A stretch of 63,999 nucleotides of DNA, the filler included, from Basidioascus undulatus (taxonomy: Eukaryota): assembly GCA_000826855.1 (NCBI GenBank). It is 5 parts of 5 records of this genome, joined end to end, with 100 filler letters (N's around TTAATTAATTAA, not from the genome) between each part and the next. Parts side by side here need not be neighbours in the genome. Positions count along the whole stretch, not along the records: positions 46,982 to 55,741 come from JTLS01001340.1; positions 55,842 to 63,999 come from JTLS01001433.1; 3 more parts are not named here. One strand, written 5' to 3'. The position numbers and the translations under genes were made by a program. Every line of letters begins with the position of its first letter. The first letter of the stretch is position 1. Positions 52,488-63,999 of the stretch are shown here, one piece after another. A model generated the notes under the pieces. The model was not told the DNA's origin. It saw nothing but the letters and a program-made list of their open reading frames with translations, and ran no database searches.

Positions 52488-54366
52488 ATGCTCGCCCCAG
52501 CCGCCGCCCTCCTAGTCTTCGGGACGTCCCTGACCTCTGCAGCCCCGTCGTTCCGCACTCGAGGTCCCCAAAGCCTTCCGATTTTGTACCATCTTGAGGC
52601 ATTCTCACCGACAATACCGTCGAACCGAGGTACAGGGCGACTCAGCGAGTTCGACTTCCAGTCCATCGTCCAAACTCCCTCGGCTGCAGGCGCTTCTGAT
52701 CGACTGGAGCTCGGGCAGAACTTGACTCTCAATCAAGAATACATAGAGTGCGATTTTTTCAACGAAGTTGAGCATGCGAACTCTTCATCTGGAGACGTTG
52801 GATACGTGGACTAACACGAACTCGTCCCGCAGGCCTCGCCCGCGTCAGTCTTGCAGTCTTGCTCCTCGAATGTTCCGAGTGGCGTTAGCTGTCGCTGACT
52901 ATTCTTCTTCAATACAAACAGTTTCAGAAAAGGAGTTCGACGAGGCGGGCATCGGTGCCGAGGAGCGCTACCTGATCCAGTTCATGGCTGAGCAAGAAGT
53001 CGGGCATGCTTTGTAGGTTTTTATCCCGTTCGGTAGGGCTTGGAAGATGCTGATCCATAATGCTCAATGTATTTCGTACCGTATCCTGCCATCTCGCAGC
53101 CTCTTGACCAACACCCTCGGCCCCCGCGCGGCCAAGCAATGCAAGTACAACTACCGCGGCGCATTCAACACCGTCCGCGAGTGAGTTGATTTCTGTCAGA
53201 GGGTGCGTGTATTCTGCCGTTGCTCCGCCTTCAATACTGTCCTGACCTCGTACTGTTCGGCCTCGTCATCTCGAACAGCTCACCCGCTGGGGATAGTCCG
53301 GTGTCTACGGCTTCCTCGAGCATCTCGACTCGAGGGACAGTGCGCAGCTGCTGCTCCAGTCGATCACCACGGAAGCTCGCCAGCAGATGGTGTTCAGGCA
53401 GTTTGAGGTGCGTGCATTACGCTGAAGCGTTTTTGCGGGGGAAGAGCGAGAGACTGATAGTGTGACTGGCGTTCGCAGGGTCTCTTCCTGATGCCGTGGT
53501 GGTAAGATTATTTGGTACTTGCGTAAGGAAGTACGGCTGTTCAAATCGCTGAGCCCGCTACCCAAGGTTCAACCCCGGTCTGCCCCAAGCATGGGCATGG
53601 ACGCTCACCGCTCCGTACCTGGAGTCTTGTCCATAAGACAACCCCCATGTCGTCTTCCAGCTGTTCCCCGCGCTGGACGTCACTGTCAGTCCCTCCTACT
53701 TATTCTCCCAGGATCCCAAGGATTTCCGAGAATTTCTCCCCCACATTACAGAACCCGCCAAAGGCCATCGACCCCTACTACAACTCCGCTGTCTCGACGA
53801 ACCGCACCGCGCTGACACGCCCGGGGCGCGAAGTCCACTTCACGTGGGAGGACCCGGCGAAGAAGGTCAGTTACGACGACTCGTACAGGACCTACACCTC
53901 AGCAGGCGAACCCAAGGTGTGTTCATTTACCTTAAACCTGTCGAGGTGGAGCCTGAATGTCAACATGGCTGTAAGTTTGCGGCTTGGGTAAGCCAACTCA
54001 ACACGACCTACACACCTCTGTACAACATCAAAGGCAACTCGGCCTGTGAGTCAATCTTTCATCTCATGGCGGAAAGCTCAACTGACCCGCCAACCTCAAC
54101 GTTGCAGCGACGAAGCAGCCCGCCGGAGTCGTGTTCGAAGGAACTGGTGCCCACACCCCGCACATCGTCAACGGGACGGTTTTCGTAGCGATGTGGACAA
54201 AGACATTCACGTTACGCCCTTCATCGCGGCCATCAACGAGCACGTAGTTGCGGGTGAGTGCTCCGTTTCTTCACCATTCTCTTGCATGTGGAGAATCGGC
54301 GTCTTGGTACGAAAGGAGCTGCTGATACTTGTTTTTACCAGGTCCTATGTCTACATTGCCCACTGA
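52488..54366 (+). pseudogene. rds1: Pseudogenised tandem duplicate of rds1
   Basis: Colinear exons with the same start MLAPAAALLV; in-frame TGA at 53182 (W) and TAG at 53294 (E), plus small deletions and degraded splice signals. Confidence 0.88.
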
Positions 54367-55158
54367 AACTGGATTCCCATCTCTTGGCGCTTCTTTCAAC
54401 CGACATCAAGCCGTGGAAGGGAAGCGTGCTCGCTATTTGGATGTTGAAGGAGTCCAAGACCTGATCATACAGGGATTCCCGATGTTGAAGTATTCTTAAG
54501 CTTAGAATCCAACTCCGGGCGTGCTTCAGCAAGAGCCTGAACCTCGGCGGCTCGATACAGCAGGAAGGCAACTGTTTTCGGCAGCCCACGGAGATTCATG
54601 GACATTTTTGTCAGCCAAACACTTCAACTAGGAACCTTGGCGTGGATATGGGAGAAAAGAGAGCAACTTCGCAAACCGCCGCGGGGAAGCACTCCCGACT
54701 GCCGGTCGCTACTATCACAGCCTCTGGACACCTTTCCCTTCGCTTTGCTGAGTAGTTAACTTATCTAGCTCTTTACGCGGGTATTTCCGCAACACATTGA
54801 GCAGGCTTCGACACAAATCACCGTGGAACAGCACTGCAAGATGGAGGCTTGCCGATCCAAACGACTGACGACATTCTTACCGAGCGGCTTACAGCACTTT
54901 TGATTCGATCAAAACGGATAAAATAGTTTAAATTTGAATGTTTTGCATCCCAAGCGGGTTGCGAATGGCAGTCTGGCGAAGTTGGGCAAAGTGCAGATGG
55001 CAACCGTTGATAGCGAGCTCCGTCGGGACGCTGCCGCCCGGCCGTCGAGCTCGCCGAGCGCGACGCCATCCAGTGACTCGTCTTCCTCGTTCTTCATCTT
55101 CTTCTTTCACGGCTCCTCTCTTTGTTTTCTCTTTCTGATCCACACACCATAGACGAAC

Positions 55159-55741
55159 ATGGCTCCGCTGAGGGTTCTTGGTACGCCGGCCGCGGTCTGG
55201 TTCGGCGAGGTTGGATTCTGAACTTGCTTGGATGAGCAGCGCTGCACGGCTGTTAGTGATCCCGGACAGTTCCTTGAACGCCAATGGGGAAGGGCTGACT
55301 GGAAGGGATCGGCCTGGCGCTGGGTGTGCGCGGATAGACACGCAGAATGGTGAGTCTTGTACTCTGGTGCTGTCGGTTAGGCTCGTGGTGTGCTGAGTAC
55401 GCGCCCTCCCGTCAGGATTCATTTTCTCCAAGAAGATCGGGGCGATCCGGCGTGCTGTAGGCCTCCTCCCCTTCATACTGACATGATCAAACCTCTGAAG
55501 CGTGCTTGAATTCCGCCAAACCAGATCAAAGACGCCGAGATCACCTTCATCGACGCGCCGCACATCCTCTCTCCGGCCGACTTGCCCGGTGGGGATCTCT
55601 CACAGTACGACGCCGGGGGCGCGTCCAGCGAGGCGCAAACGCCCGAGACGGCCCCGCGCGCATGGTGGCTTCACGTCAAGAAGGATGGGCAGACGTCGTG
55701 TGCGTTCTGGTATGGGACTGTTTGGAAAGTGGAGAGGGGGG
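55159..55741 (+). CDS. FSH1/OVCA2-family serine hydrolase, 5' part only
   Basis: Micro-exons splice to MAPLRVLALHGYTQNGFIFSKKIGAIRRAIKDAEITFIDAPHIL..PRAWW. Confidence 0.85.
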
Positions 55742-55841
55742 NNNNNNNNNNNNNNNNNNNNNNNNNNNNNNNNNNNNNNNNNNNNTTAATTAATTAANNN
55801 NNNNNNNNNNNNNNNNNNNNNNNNNNNNNNNNNNNNNNNNN
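55742..55841. other. Artificial contig linker
   Basis: 100-bp N run with TTAATTAATTAA. Confidence 0.98.
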
Positions 55842-55858
55842 AATCTCCAATAACACAA

Positions 55859-55931
55859 GCCTCGCTAGCTCAATCGGTAGAGCGTGAGACTCTTAATCTC
55901 AAGGCTGCGGGTTCGACCCCCGCGTGGGGCT
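55859..55931 (+). tRNA. tRNA-Lys (CTT), intronless
   Basis: Full cloverleaf: acceptor GCCTCGC/GTGGGGC, D arm GCTC/GAGC, anticodon arm TGAGA-CTCTTAA-TCTCA, T loop TTCGACC; T-rich tract downstream. Confidence 0.96.
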
Positions 55932-56152
55932 TCTCTTTTGCTCACCCTGCCTTGGGGAACCTGCAACCAAGAATGACCGACCCCCCAATTTTTTTTGCCC
56001 CTCGCCACCGCCTAATGCGGGACTTGAATTATCTTGACATCTCACGACTTGGCCAGGACTACCTCACTGGTCACCGTCGGAGATCCCGCGCTCCCTGGCT
56101 TGTCTCTCGACCATCAACTGACCCACCCATCAACTATTTACCCTCCGCACTA

Positions 56153-57061
56153 ATGGCTTCACTTGGGCCCTCTGCATCTCCCATCGATCGAATCCCGCCT
56201 GAAATCCTCACCGAGATCCTGACCTATCTCCTCTGCCCCGCGCCGCGCACCCTCCTCTTGGACCCCAACCCCTGCCCGCCCTCCTTCGGGTTCCCAGCCA
56301 ACCCACCACCCCACTTCTACACGCAACCGCAGCGCGCGCTCCCCCTCGTCTCGCGCCTCTGGCACGCGCTCGCCACCCCGCTCCTCCCGCATACGGTCCG
56401 CATCCGCACCCACGCACAGGCCCGCCTCGTCGCGGACGCGTTCGCGCAGGACCCGAGCGCCGGGGAACGCGTGCGTGCGCTCCTCCTGTGGCAGCCAGGG
56501 TCGCCGCCGTACGACGCCCTCGTCGCGGTTGTGCGCGCATGCCCGAATATTGAGGCGCTCAACGTCGCGCTCGCGCCTGCACTGACAGACGACCCGCTGC
56601 TCGACGCGTTGGCGGAGCTACAGCCTGCGCGTGTCCGCCTCGCAGTCCGCAACCGGCGGGAAGTCGCGCACGCTGTCGATCGATGGGGTCCGAGCTTGAA
56701 GGAAATCATTTTCGAGAGCGGCACAGCCATGTCCCTCCCGCCCTTTGCCCCAGCGCTCACGCATGTGCAGCTCGACTACGACGCCGAGGCTCTTGCGTAC
56801 CTAGATTTTGAGCGTACTCGACATGCAAAGCTCGTCCAGCTGTCTGTGACGTCCGTCAAGCGGGGGCCGGATGAGGGATTCGTGTTTCTATGGGCGACGC
56901 AGATAGGCCCCCGTGCCCTCACGACGCGCTATGCACTCGAGCTCAAGGGCCAGGACGAGTTTCTCGCGAAGGGGCGCACATGGTCGGGCGAGCTGGCGAA
57001 GCCGGTGGAGCTGGAATGGGTGGAGATCGAGGGTGTCGGATCGAATGCGGCGGAGACGTGA
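56153..57061 (+). CDS. Intronless F-box-like/LRR-like protein
   Basis: IDRIPPEILTEILTYL..LPLVSRLWHALATPLL, ACPNIEALNV, LTHVQL; open 302-codon frame. Confidence 0.75.
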   Translation: MASLGPSASPIDRIPPEILTEILTYLLCPAPRTLLLDPNPCPPSFGFPANPPPHFYTQPQRALPLVSRLWHALATPLLPHTVRIRTHAQARLVADAFAQDPSAGERVRALLLWQPGSPPYDALVAVVRACPNIEALNVALAPALTDDPLLDALAELQPARVRLAVRNRREVAHAVDRWGPSLKEIIFESGTAMSLPPFAPALTHVQLDYDAEALAYLDFERTRHAKLVQLSVTSVKRGPDEGFVFLWATQIGPRALTTRYALELKGQDEFLAKGRTWSGELAKPVELEWVEIEGVGSNAAET

Positions 57062-57384
57062 CTGGCGGGGATCAAACTACTCTCGGACTTTGACGCTTAG
57101 CAGTTGATACTACCTCGACTCGTTCTTGATCTTATCTTCTGCATGTGTAGCCTCTGGAAGGCCGCGATTCGCAAGGACATTTCCGTTTGCGGCGCGCTTG
57201 GCGAAGGGTTGCGGACGGCGCTGCGTTTGCGCTTCACTCGTCAGTCTCGATTCTCAACGATTCTTCACTCTCACACTGCTCTTGCTACCGTACCGGCGAG
57301 CGCTATCTTCCCAGGGGTCTCACAGTTCCTGTCTGATTTTGAACACTACGTCAAGCAAAATTGGAACGAAGAGGGACAAAAAGA

Positions 57385-57459
57385 AACCCCACCTGAGGGT
57401 GGAACCACACAGCCTTGAGATTTAAGAGTCTCACGCTCTACCGATTGAGCCAGCACGAC
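57385..57459 (-). pseudogene. Degenerate tRNA-Lys(CTT) copy
   Basis: Reverse complement keeps GCTCAATCGGTAGAGCGTGAGACTCTTAAATCTCAAGGCTG (one extra A) but the acceptor and T stems and the B-box (GGTTCCACC) are damaged. Confidence 0.85.
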
Positions 57460-57700
57460 TCGACCGGAAAATTCAATTTTAATCACCCCTGCAAGTTGGC
57501 CGGGAGTGCTACATCTCGCAAGGATTCACTGTATGCGAATACTGGGTTACTTTGGAACTTGCCAAGCTTCGTTAATACTACAATGATTATACTGTATATC
57601 TTGAAGCCCCTCTCAAGCCCGCCCCCTTTTCGGTCATACGAGCATTCCATTCCAAGGTGCGCCACGCGCTCGCGGTCTCGACGATCTCCCTCGTACCCTC

Positions 57701-58168
57701 TTGGACGTTCTCGTCGCCTCGCCATCGGATCCCGCCTCCGCCTTCGCCTGGAATTCTGTGATGGGACTGGTCGACTTTGCTTCTCTGGGAAGCCCCTGCC
57801 CCCGCCTGCGGCGTCTCGAAGTCGTAGCGGACGACATCTTCGATCCGGCTCTGCTCCATATCCGCTACCCCTCAATCGAGCAACTGTCCTTGAAGATCGA
57901 CATTTTTGACATGAAATACCGGAACGAGGTCCAAGCTCTTCTGTTCGCTGAGGACCTGCGCTTCCGGCTTCCGTCTTTGCGCCGCGTGCAGGCCGATGTC
58001 AAGACGGGGTATCTTCGTCTCAGTTACTTTCTCAGGGACGATATCCTTGACTCCGTAGCCGGCGGACTTACCCTGCTTTGGGCGACGCGCATGGCACTTT
58101 TGTTGGCCGCGAAAGGAATCGTCTTTACCGACCAGGCGGAGCGCACTAAAGACTTTCCTCAAATGTAG
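57701..58168 (+). pseudogene. C-terminal LRR-like fragment of an F-box-type protein (5' part missing)
   Basis: CPRLRRLEV, YPSIEQLSL, LPSLRRVQ, ending AAKGIVF; no upstream F-box or clear start. Confidence 0.5.
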
Positions 58169-58815
58169 ACTCTTGTATCACTCGCAGTTTTCACGCCGAG
58201 CGCTTGATATGCCTATGGATATCGATGGCGTTCCGCTTACGCTGTACGGACGTTGACTCGATTGATCCCAGCTTCGTGCGCGGAGGACGGACGCCATCGG
58301 GAATAAATAGTGAAGAAGGGTGGCAAATGCGTATGGCAGAGAGCAAGAGTGCAATTGCGGCGCAATAGCACGAGACGGACACTGTGAGCAGGCAGAACAT
58401 GAAAAGGTCCATAGCAGGGCTCGCAAGCTGGATGATTCAAGCTGGATGATTTGGAGGCGCTAATTCCACGGCATCATACGACCTATAAAGAAAAGATGTT
58501 CACGGGATGCGGGGAAGGTCGAGCGGGATGAACAGAGCTGCAAGAAACCGGGCTCGAATGAGAGCGCGATAAACGCCACCGGAGGGCAATGACACTGCGG
58601 AAACTTCGAAAGGTAAATAAGGATATTCGAATGAAGCTGATGTGCTGAATTGGAAGTATTAAGAGAGTGAGCGAAGCGAACGGCCGAAAACGATGAGCGA
58701 GCGAAAGCGCTGCGAGGAAAAAGGTAGCTGTCGGCATAGCTCGATAGGTCGATGTCAGTACGTGTCTCGCAATCGCTCGTGAGCGTAAGTGTCCGGCGGA
58801 GAGCAACGTGAGCGT

Positions 58816-59437
58816 TCATGTCCGTCCCCCCTTCTCCCCCACCCGATCCCCTCTCACCACCCCCCTCTCCATCCCCCTCCCAAAGTTCTCCTTCCACACT
58901 CCCTCTCCCTCCTCCGCATACTCCTCCCTCTTCCACACCTGCGCCTCCCTCTTCACCTCCTCCAAGACCCACTCGCACGCCTCAAACGACGCGCGTCTAT
59001 GCGCACTCGAGACCGCCACCACAATACTCGCCTCCCCCACGGGCACGTTCCCAAGCCGGTGGTGCAGAGCCAGTTTTTTTAGGTCTGGCCACCGGGAGCG
59101 CGCGCGGAGGAGCGTGGTGGAGAACGTCTTGAGGCAGAGGGGCGTGTAGGACTCGTAGGACAGGCGGAGGACGCGCTTGCCTGGAGGAAACCCCCCGCGC
59201 AATTTTCAGCACACAAATCATTATGTCTTGTAGAATAAAGACGGAAAGCAGCCACGCACCCTCAAACGAATCCCTCGTCGTGCCCGTAAACGAGCAGATC
59301 GCGCCCGCCCCGTCGTCGCGCACGGAAGCGGTGATAGCCTGCAGGTCGAGCGGGAGCTCGGACAGCGCGGAGACATCCCCCGTATGTGGGTCGGTGTATG
59401 TGGACGCGTAGAAATGCGTGTCTGGTGGTGGGGACAT
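58816..59437 (-). CDS. MOCS2B: Molybdopterin synthase catalytic subunit (MoaE/CnxH), 2 exons
   Basis: AGAICSFTGTTRDSFEGKRVLRLSYESY, HRLGNVPVGEASIVVAVSSAHR, EEVKREAQVWKRE. Confidence 0.95.
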
Positions 59438-59548
59438 GGTGCTGGGTAGGTGGTGAAGGGGGGGAGAAGGGAGAGACCCGGTGGAATGACGTCGGTTCTG
59501 ATACAGGGATAGAATAGATTGAAAATAAATAGGGAAAATGGACAATAA

Positions 59549-59621
59549 GCCTCGCTAGCTCAATCGGTAGAGCGTGAGACTCTTAATCTCAAGGCTGCGG
59601 GTTCGACCCCCGCGTGGGGCT
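59549..59621 (+). tRNA. tRNA-Lys (CTT), identical to the copy at 55859
   Basis: Same 73-nt sequence followed by a T-tract terminator. Confidence 0.96.
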
Positions 59622-60059
59622 TTTTGTCTCAATCTCCTTGACACTTCGCCAACTTTCCGGGTTTGGTTGCCCGCCGAGGCGGCGTAGCCTTTTGATCTCC
59701 CTAGGCAATTGAGACAAGCGAGTGCAGAGTACGCACACATCTCAGATCAAGTTCGACCTCGAACGACCTGCAGCGGCAGGCTGCATCGCTCGATGCTTGA
59801 TTCTCGCCCTCGACCCTCGTAAGATCAGAACGACAGATGGGTGAAAGTTTCATGATTCGCAGATATCTCAAGCGGAGGAAAAGGTCCACATATGCCGTTC
59901 ACCACCCCGCCCCTGCGGCAATCCTCCTTTTGTGTGAAGGCTGTCAAGACTCAAAAAAAATTCTTCTTCCGGTTAGTTCTCCTCTTTTATTGGGGAGCTC
60001 GATACGCATGCTCTCTCGTCTATGGGTAGTCCGCACGACTGCCAGTATACCAGGAAGTC

Positions 60060-60720
60060 TGCTAGCTTTGCCGTATTTGGTGAACACTGGTAGTGAAAAC
60101 CTTCCTCAAGTTCGCGTACGCCGACGTTACTTGCAGCGGACACCGCCCTCTCGACCTGGGACGAGTCCTGCCCATTCGCCTTGTGTCCCGCTCGTTCCAC
60201 GCAATCGTCAACCCGCTCGTGTTTGAGAACGTCCACCTTGACAGCCTCCGTGCTCAGCAGGCTTTCGCACAGCTCATGTTCTCCCGCGGAGACCTCGGAG
60301 GCCTCGTCTAATCGCATCGCCGCGCTGGCCTCTTCAACCACGCACGGAGCTCATCTTTCTGGCATGCTCTTTTGTCTGGGCGATTGAGCTGCAGTTTGAA
60401 TACACCGGATGCCCGGTCCGGTGTCCTGATTTAAGCGATTTGGCTACTCGTGCCCAAGAGCTCGTCCTGCTCTTCGAAGTCCATTGGACCGCGCTCAAGG
60501 TCGTGCAGCTCGAAGACATCTTTGCCGTCAACGGAATTCGGCATCTCTTGTCGCTCGGGCTTATCAAAAGGTCGCCTTTAGTCCGTCAATTCCGAGTGGC
60601 GAGGGAAATGGGCGAACTTGCCTCCAAATTGCGCGCAACGCCGGTATCGGATTGCTCGAGTCCGCATGTACTACGACGAGCGTCGGAACAGGCAGCGCAA
60701 CGCGTTCGGTGCATGTGAGC
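60060..60720 (+). pseudogene. Decayed F-box-like gene
   Basis: LVVKTFLKF..IRLVSRSFHAIVNPLVFENVHL..DLGGLV* (stop at 60309-60311), later LKVVQLED; frames broken. Confidence 0.55.
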
Positions 60721-61226
60721 GCGATATCAGGTTTTTACTGCGCGAAGAGCCTGAGTCTGTGATGAACAGAATCAAGATTACTGTGATTGAAGGCTGATGC
60801 ACTTGCCTGTACTCGTTAAACCATGTCCGGCTCATGTAAGTCTGCTTTTTTGTGCATAGACTGCAGCTGTTGTTCGGCCATACAACATCGTTATACTTAA
60901 ATGGCACGGTTTTGAACCAATGGAAGGTGGAGACCTCCCTGGCTATCAATTGAACAAATCGCAGGAGCTCCATTGACGTTCCCCCGGAACCGCGCCGCGA
61001 TAACGCGGCACCCCACATCCCTCGTAGGCGACGGAGTTGCGCAGCGACAAGAGCCACTCTGCGACCACTAGACTACTCAACGAAGTCGGGGATCAGCCAG
61101 TAATTAGGGATGGAAACATCGTTCTTGTATGCATCCACGTCCACAACATTCAACAGTAACAAGCTACACAACACAGCCGACCCTTCCAGTCCCGGTCCTG
61201 GAACCGTCCAGTCCACATCCACACTC

Positions 61227-62942
61227 TCAAACCACCCGACCACCCTCAATCGCCCCCCTCCTCGCTCCCCTGCCGCCCATGCCCCTGCCCACAGCCTTCG
61301 CATCCTCCACCGCCTCCCTCATAGCGCCGACAATCCCCTCAAGCGCGCGGACCTCGACCTCCGGATCAAGTCCATGGTCCGCAAGATGGAAGCCCACCAC
61401 ACTCGCCCTAAACCAGCCCGCCTGATCGCGGTACGCTACGAGCGCGCTCCGTGTATCCTCGAGCTCTCTCCGCACGCGCACGAGCGTGCCCGCCGTGCTG
61501 TGCGCGAGGGATATATCGCGGGCCAGGAGCGCGTGCTCGGGCGCCCCGGAGCCGAGGAGCGCGGAGGAACCCGAGGCGAGGAGGCGCGCGAGGAGAGGGG
61601 TGCGCGCGTGCTGGTGGGCGAGGGAGGAGGACGTGTGCGCGAGGGACTCGAGGGTCTGCCCGGCCAGGCGGGACGCGCGGTCTGATAAAGGGAGCGCGGA
61701 CTCTATGGAGTGTTGTAGGGAGGTGAGGTGCTGCGAGAGGTGCGTGATGAGTGTCGAGAGGAGGGCATGGATCGCTGGGGAGTCGGGGGAGGTTGAGAGA
61801 AGGTGCGCGAGCCGCTGGAACTCCAGGATGATGAAGGAGAAGGCGTTGAGGCCTTCGGAGTTGATCCCGCTGTGAAGGGCGGAGGTGAGCATGGTGTGGT
61901 GCGGTGGGAGGAGTGGGAGAAAGGGAACAAACATGATCCGGTCTTTCACGTCTCGGGAGAGGTCACCTAGGTCCATCAGCTGCGCACCGAGGATGTCCCG
62001 GTCGGGTATCGTGCTCGATGCCCGGACGGCGATGGCGAGTTCCCAGATCCTGAGCACGTGGTATTGCACAGTTCAGCACCGGGGGGCAGGAAGAGGAAGA
62101 GGAAGACGGATACGGGGGGGGGATGAGATGGACAACGCACTCGGTATGATGCAGGCCCAGCGCGCCCGGCTCGCCGAGCGCAACGATGCTCTGAAAGATA
62201 TCGTGCGCCTGCGCCGCATGGTTGCCCAAACTGTGCGCAACAGACGCGACGTCGAGCTGTTGTGCCGGGCAGCCCCAACCGACATGCGCGCACCACGCGT
62301 CCGTGACGCCCAGGTCAAGGTCGAGGTGCGGGAGGGAGGGGAGGGAAGGGAGAGAGAAGAGGGAGAGGTAGGGGTGCAGGAGGAAGTAGTAGGTCGGGAG
62401 GAGGATGAGGAGGAGGAGAAGGAAGGTGGAGAAGAGGGTGGAAAGCGGGGAGAGCGCGTGCGCGAGCGAGAGGGCGAGCAGGCGCAGGGGCGCGAGGAGC
62501 AGCTGGGGGAGCGCAGCGGATGGGGCGGAGAAAGGCTCGCGTCTTGCTGCTGCTGCTCGGGGAACAGGAGGAGGTCGAGGAAATACGGGTTTTGGGTCTC
62601 GATCGACGAACGCGCCGGGCGGTTCTGCTGCTGGTCGGGCGGGGAACTCGGGGAGATGTGCGGCGGAACGCTCTGCGGAAGACGCATCATCGTATCCTGG
62701 TCCGGGCGCGGGTTCTGCTCAGAGAAGGAGGTATACGCACGTGGCACCTCGGTCCGAACGTCCTCCCCACCATCGCCATCTCCCGGTTCAATCTGCCCCA
62801 GCAGCTGTGGCTGCTCGTCCGCATCCCCGCTCGAGCTCGGCTGCGGCAGCCCATCGGCCTCCCCGCTCGCGATCGCGCTCGCAGAAGCCTGAGATGGATC
62901 GAGGTCCTTCTTTTTGGCTTTTCTGCGGCGGGGAGTCGACAT
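61227..62942 (-). CDS. Hypothetical membrane protein with helical/coiled-coil C-terminus (multi-exon)
   Basis: Low-complexity N-terminus, a long hydrophobic segment, WCAHVGWGC, AHDIFQSIVALG, IWELAIAVRASS; canonical introns. Confidence 0.7.
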
Positions 62943-63999
62943 CGTGCTGTAGATGCTGGTGGTGTGGTGAGAGGACAACCACAGCCACTGCAGGCGATAG
63001 GGCGTCCAGGCATTGAGGCGTTTAGCCAATAACACAGTGATTACCGCCGGTGCGAGTTGATGACTAAGCAGTGATTCGCCAAACGCGCCCTCTTGCGGTG
63101 AGAGAAGACGCCCCGTTGGCTGCTCCAACTCACCGCTTGCTTGCTCTTCCTCTCGCTCTGCTGGGCTCCCCACTTTTTGGCACACATTGTGAGTCTACGA
63201 AGCATACGTTTGGGCCCTTTGGCCGTAAATGCTGAACTGCGCGGTCCTTTTTCTGTGTAGCCGACGACAGACCTGCGCCGAGGCTTCTGCGAGAGCTGCC
63301 CTCTGCCCCAGTCCCCTCGTGCCGGGCGAGCTTGACAGCGTGGCTTGCACATGTGCGTATACACCCATAAACACCGGATAGGAATTTTCCATCTAATGAC
63401 CTACACTGGCTGTGCTGGACAGAGCGGCGCGCCTAGGCATGGCATGTTGCGACGCATCCTGCCGGTCCCCATCCCGGCCTTCCTCGCCTCCTCCTCAATA
63501 TCAGCCTCAACAGCCGCGCTCCCCTCGCTGGCCACACACTCCATTAGATGTCTCCGCGCACTCGCAGCAGCCGATGACCCGCCCACCGCGCCGGAGTCGG
63601 AGCCAGAGCGGGCAATGCCAGACTTGCTTCCTCCCCGCAGACGGGAACCCCCCCCGCCTGCCCCGCCTGCGCCTAGGATGGGCGAGGGCGAGAGGCGCAC
63701 GACGAGGAGCGCGCTGCGGAGGATGCGGGAGGAACGGGCTGGGGAGGGCGGAGGAGCGCGTAGGGAGGAAGGCGCCCTGGACGGGGAGGGAAGAGAGAAA
63801 GGGGAAGAGCGAAGGAGCGCTCACGAGGCTTCCGAGGTGAGCTGCTGTTTCCAATTGCTCTGCATGACCAAAGCTCTAGAAAAGAAGCGAATCACCGACC
63901 GTGCCGAACGACTGAACCCTGCTCCCCATCCCTCAGACCTCACCTCTTCGCATCAGAATGCAGAGGGCAGACTAATAAGTTAGAGTAATGCGCTACGGC

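Noticed and set aside
37205..59437. Possible nitrogen-metabolism cluster (DUR3 and MOCS2B)
   Set aside because: The genes are on different contigs, separated by linkers and unrelated genes.
63345..63999. GC-rich ORFs at the window end, possibly the 3' exons of a minus-strand gene
   Set aside because: Intron-like signals are present, but the frame and product cannot be determined without upstream sequence.

Overview
Eukaryotic, GC-rich, intron-dense fungal DNA, probably a basidiomycete yeast of the Pucciniomycotina/Microbotryomycetes type (inferred from intron style and gene content). The window is five contigs joined by artificial 100-bp N-linkers containing TTAATTAATTAA, so adjacency across the linkers is not evidence of linkage. 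Housekeeping genes found: BAP31/YET, UBP6, a Y-family DNA polymerase, a large-subunit catalase (partial), an RSC1/2-like gene (partial), VPS35, an LrgB-like transporter, a CDKN3-like phosphatase, DUR3, WDR83/MORG1, a SERF/4F5 protein, POP3 (partial), rds1 plus a pseudogenised tandem copy, an FSH1-like hydrolase (partial) and MOCS2B/MoaE. There are two identical tRNA-Lys(CTT) genes and one degenerate copy. The most unusual signals are: (i) a CpG-hypermutated chromovirus-type Ty3/Gypsy relic with an antisense LRR-like host gene fragment inside its integrase, (ii) F-box/LRR-like sequence next to all three tRNA-Lys copies, and (iii) many decayed F-box-like relics in intergenic gaps. Gene boundaries come from manual reading of splice sites and are approximate. 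No database searches were run.
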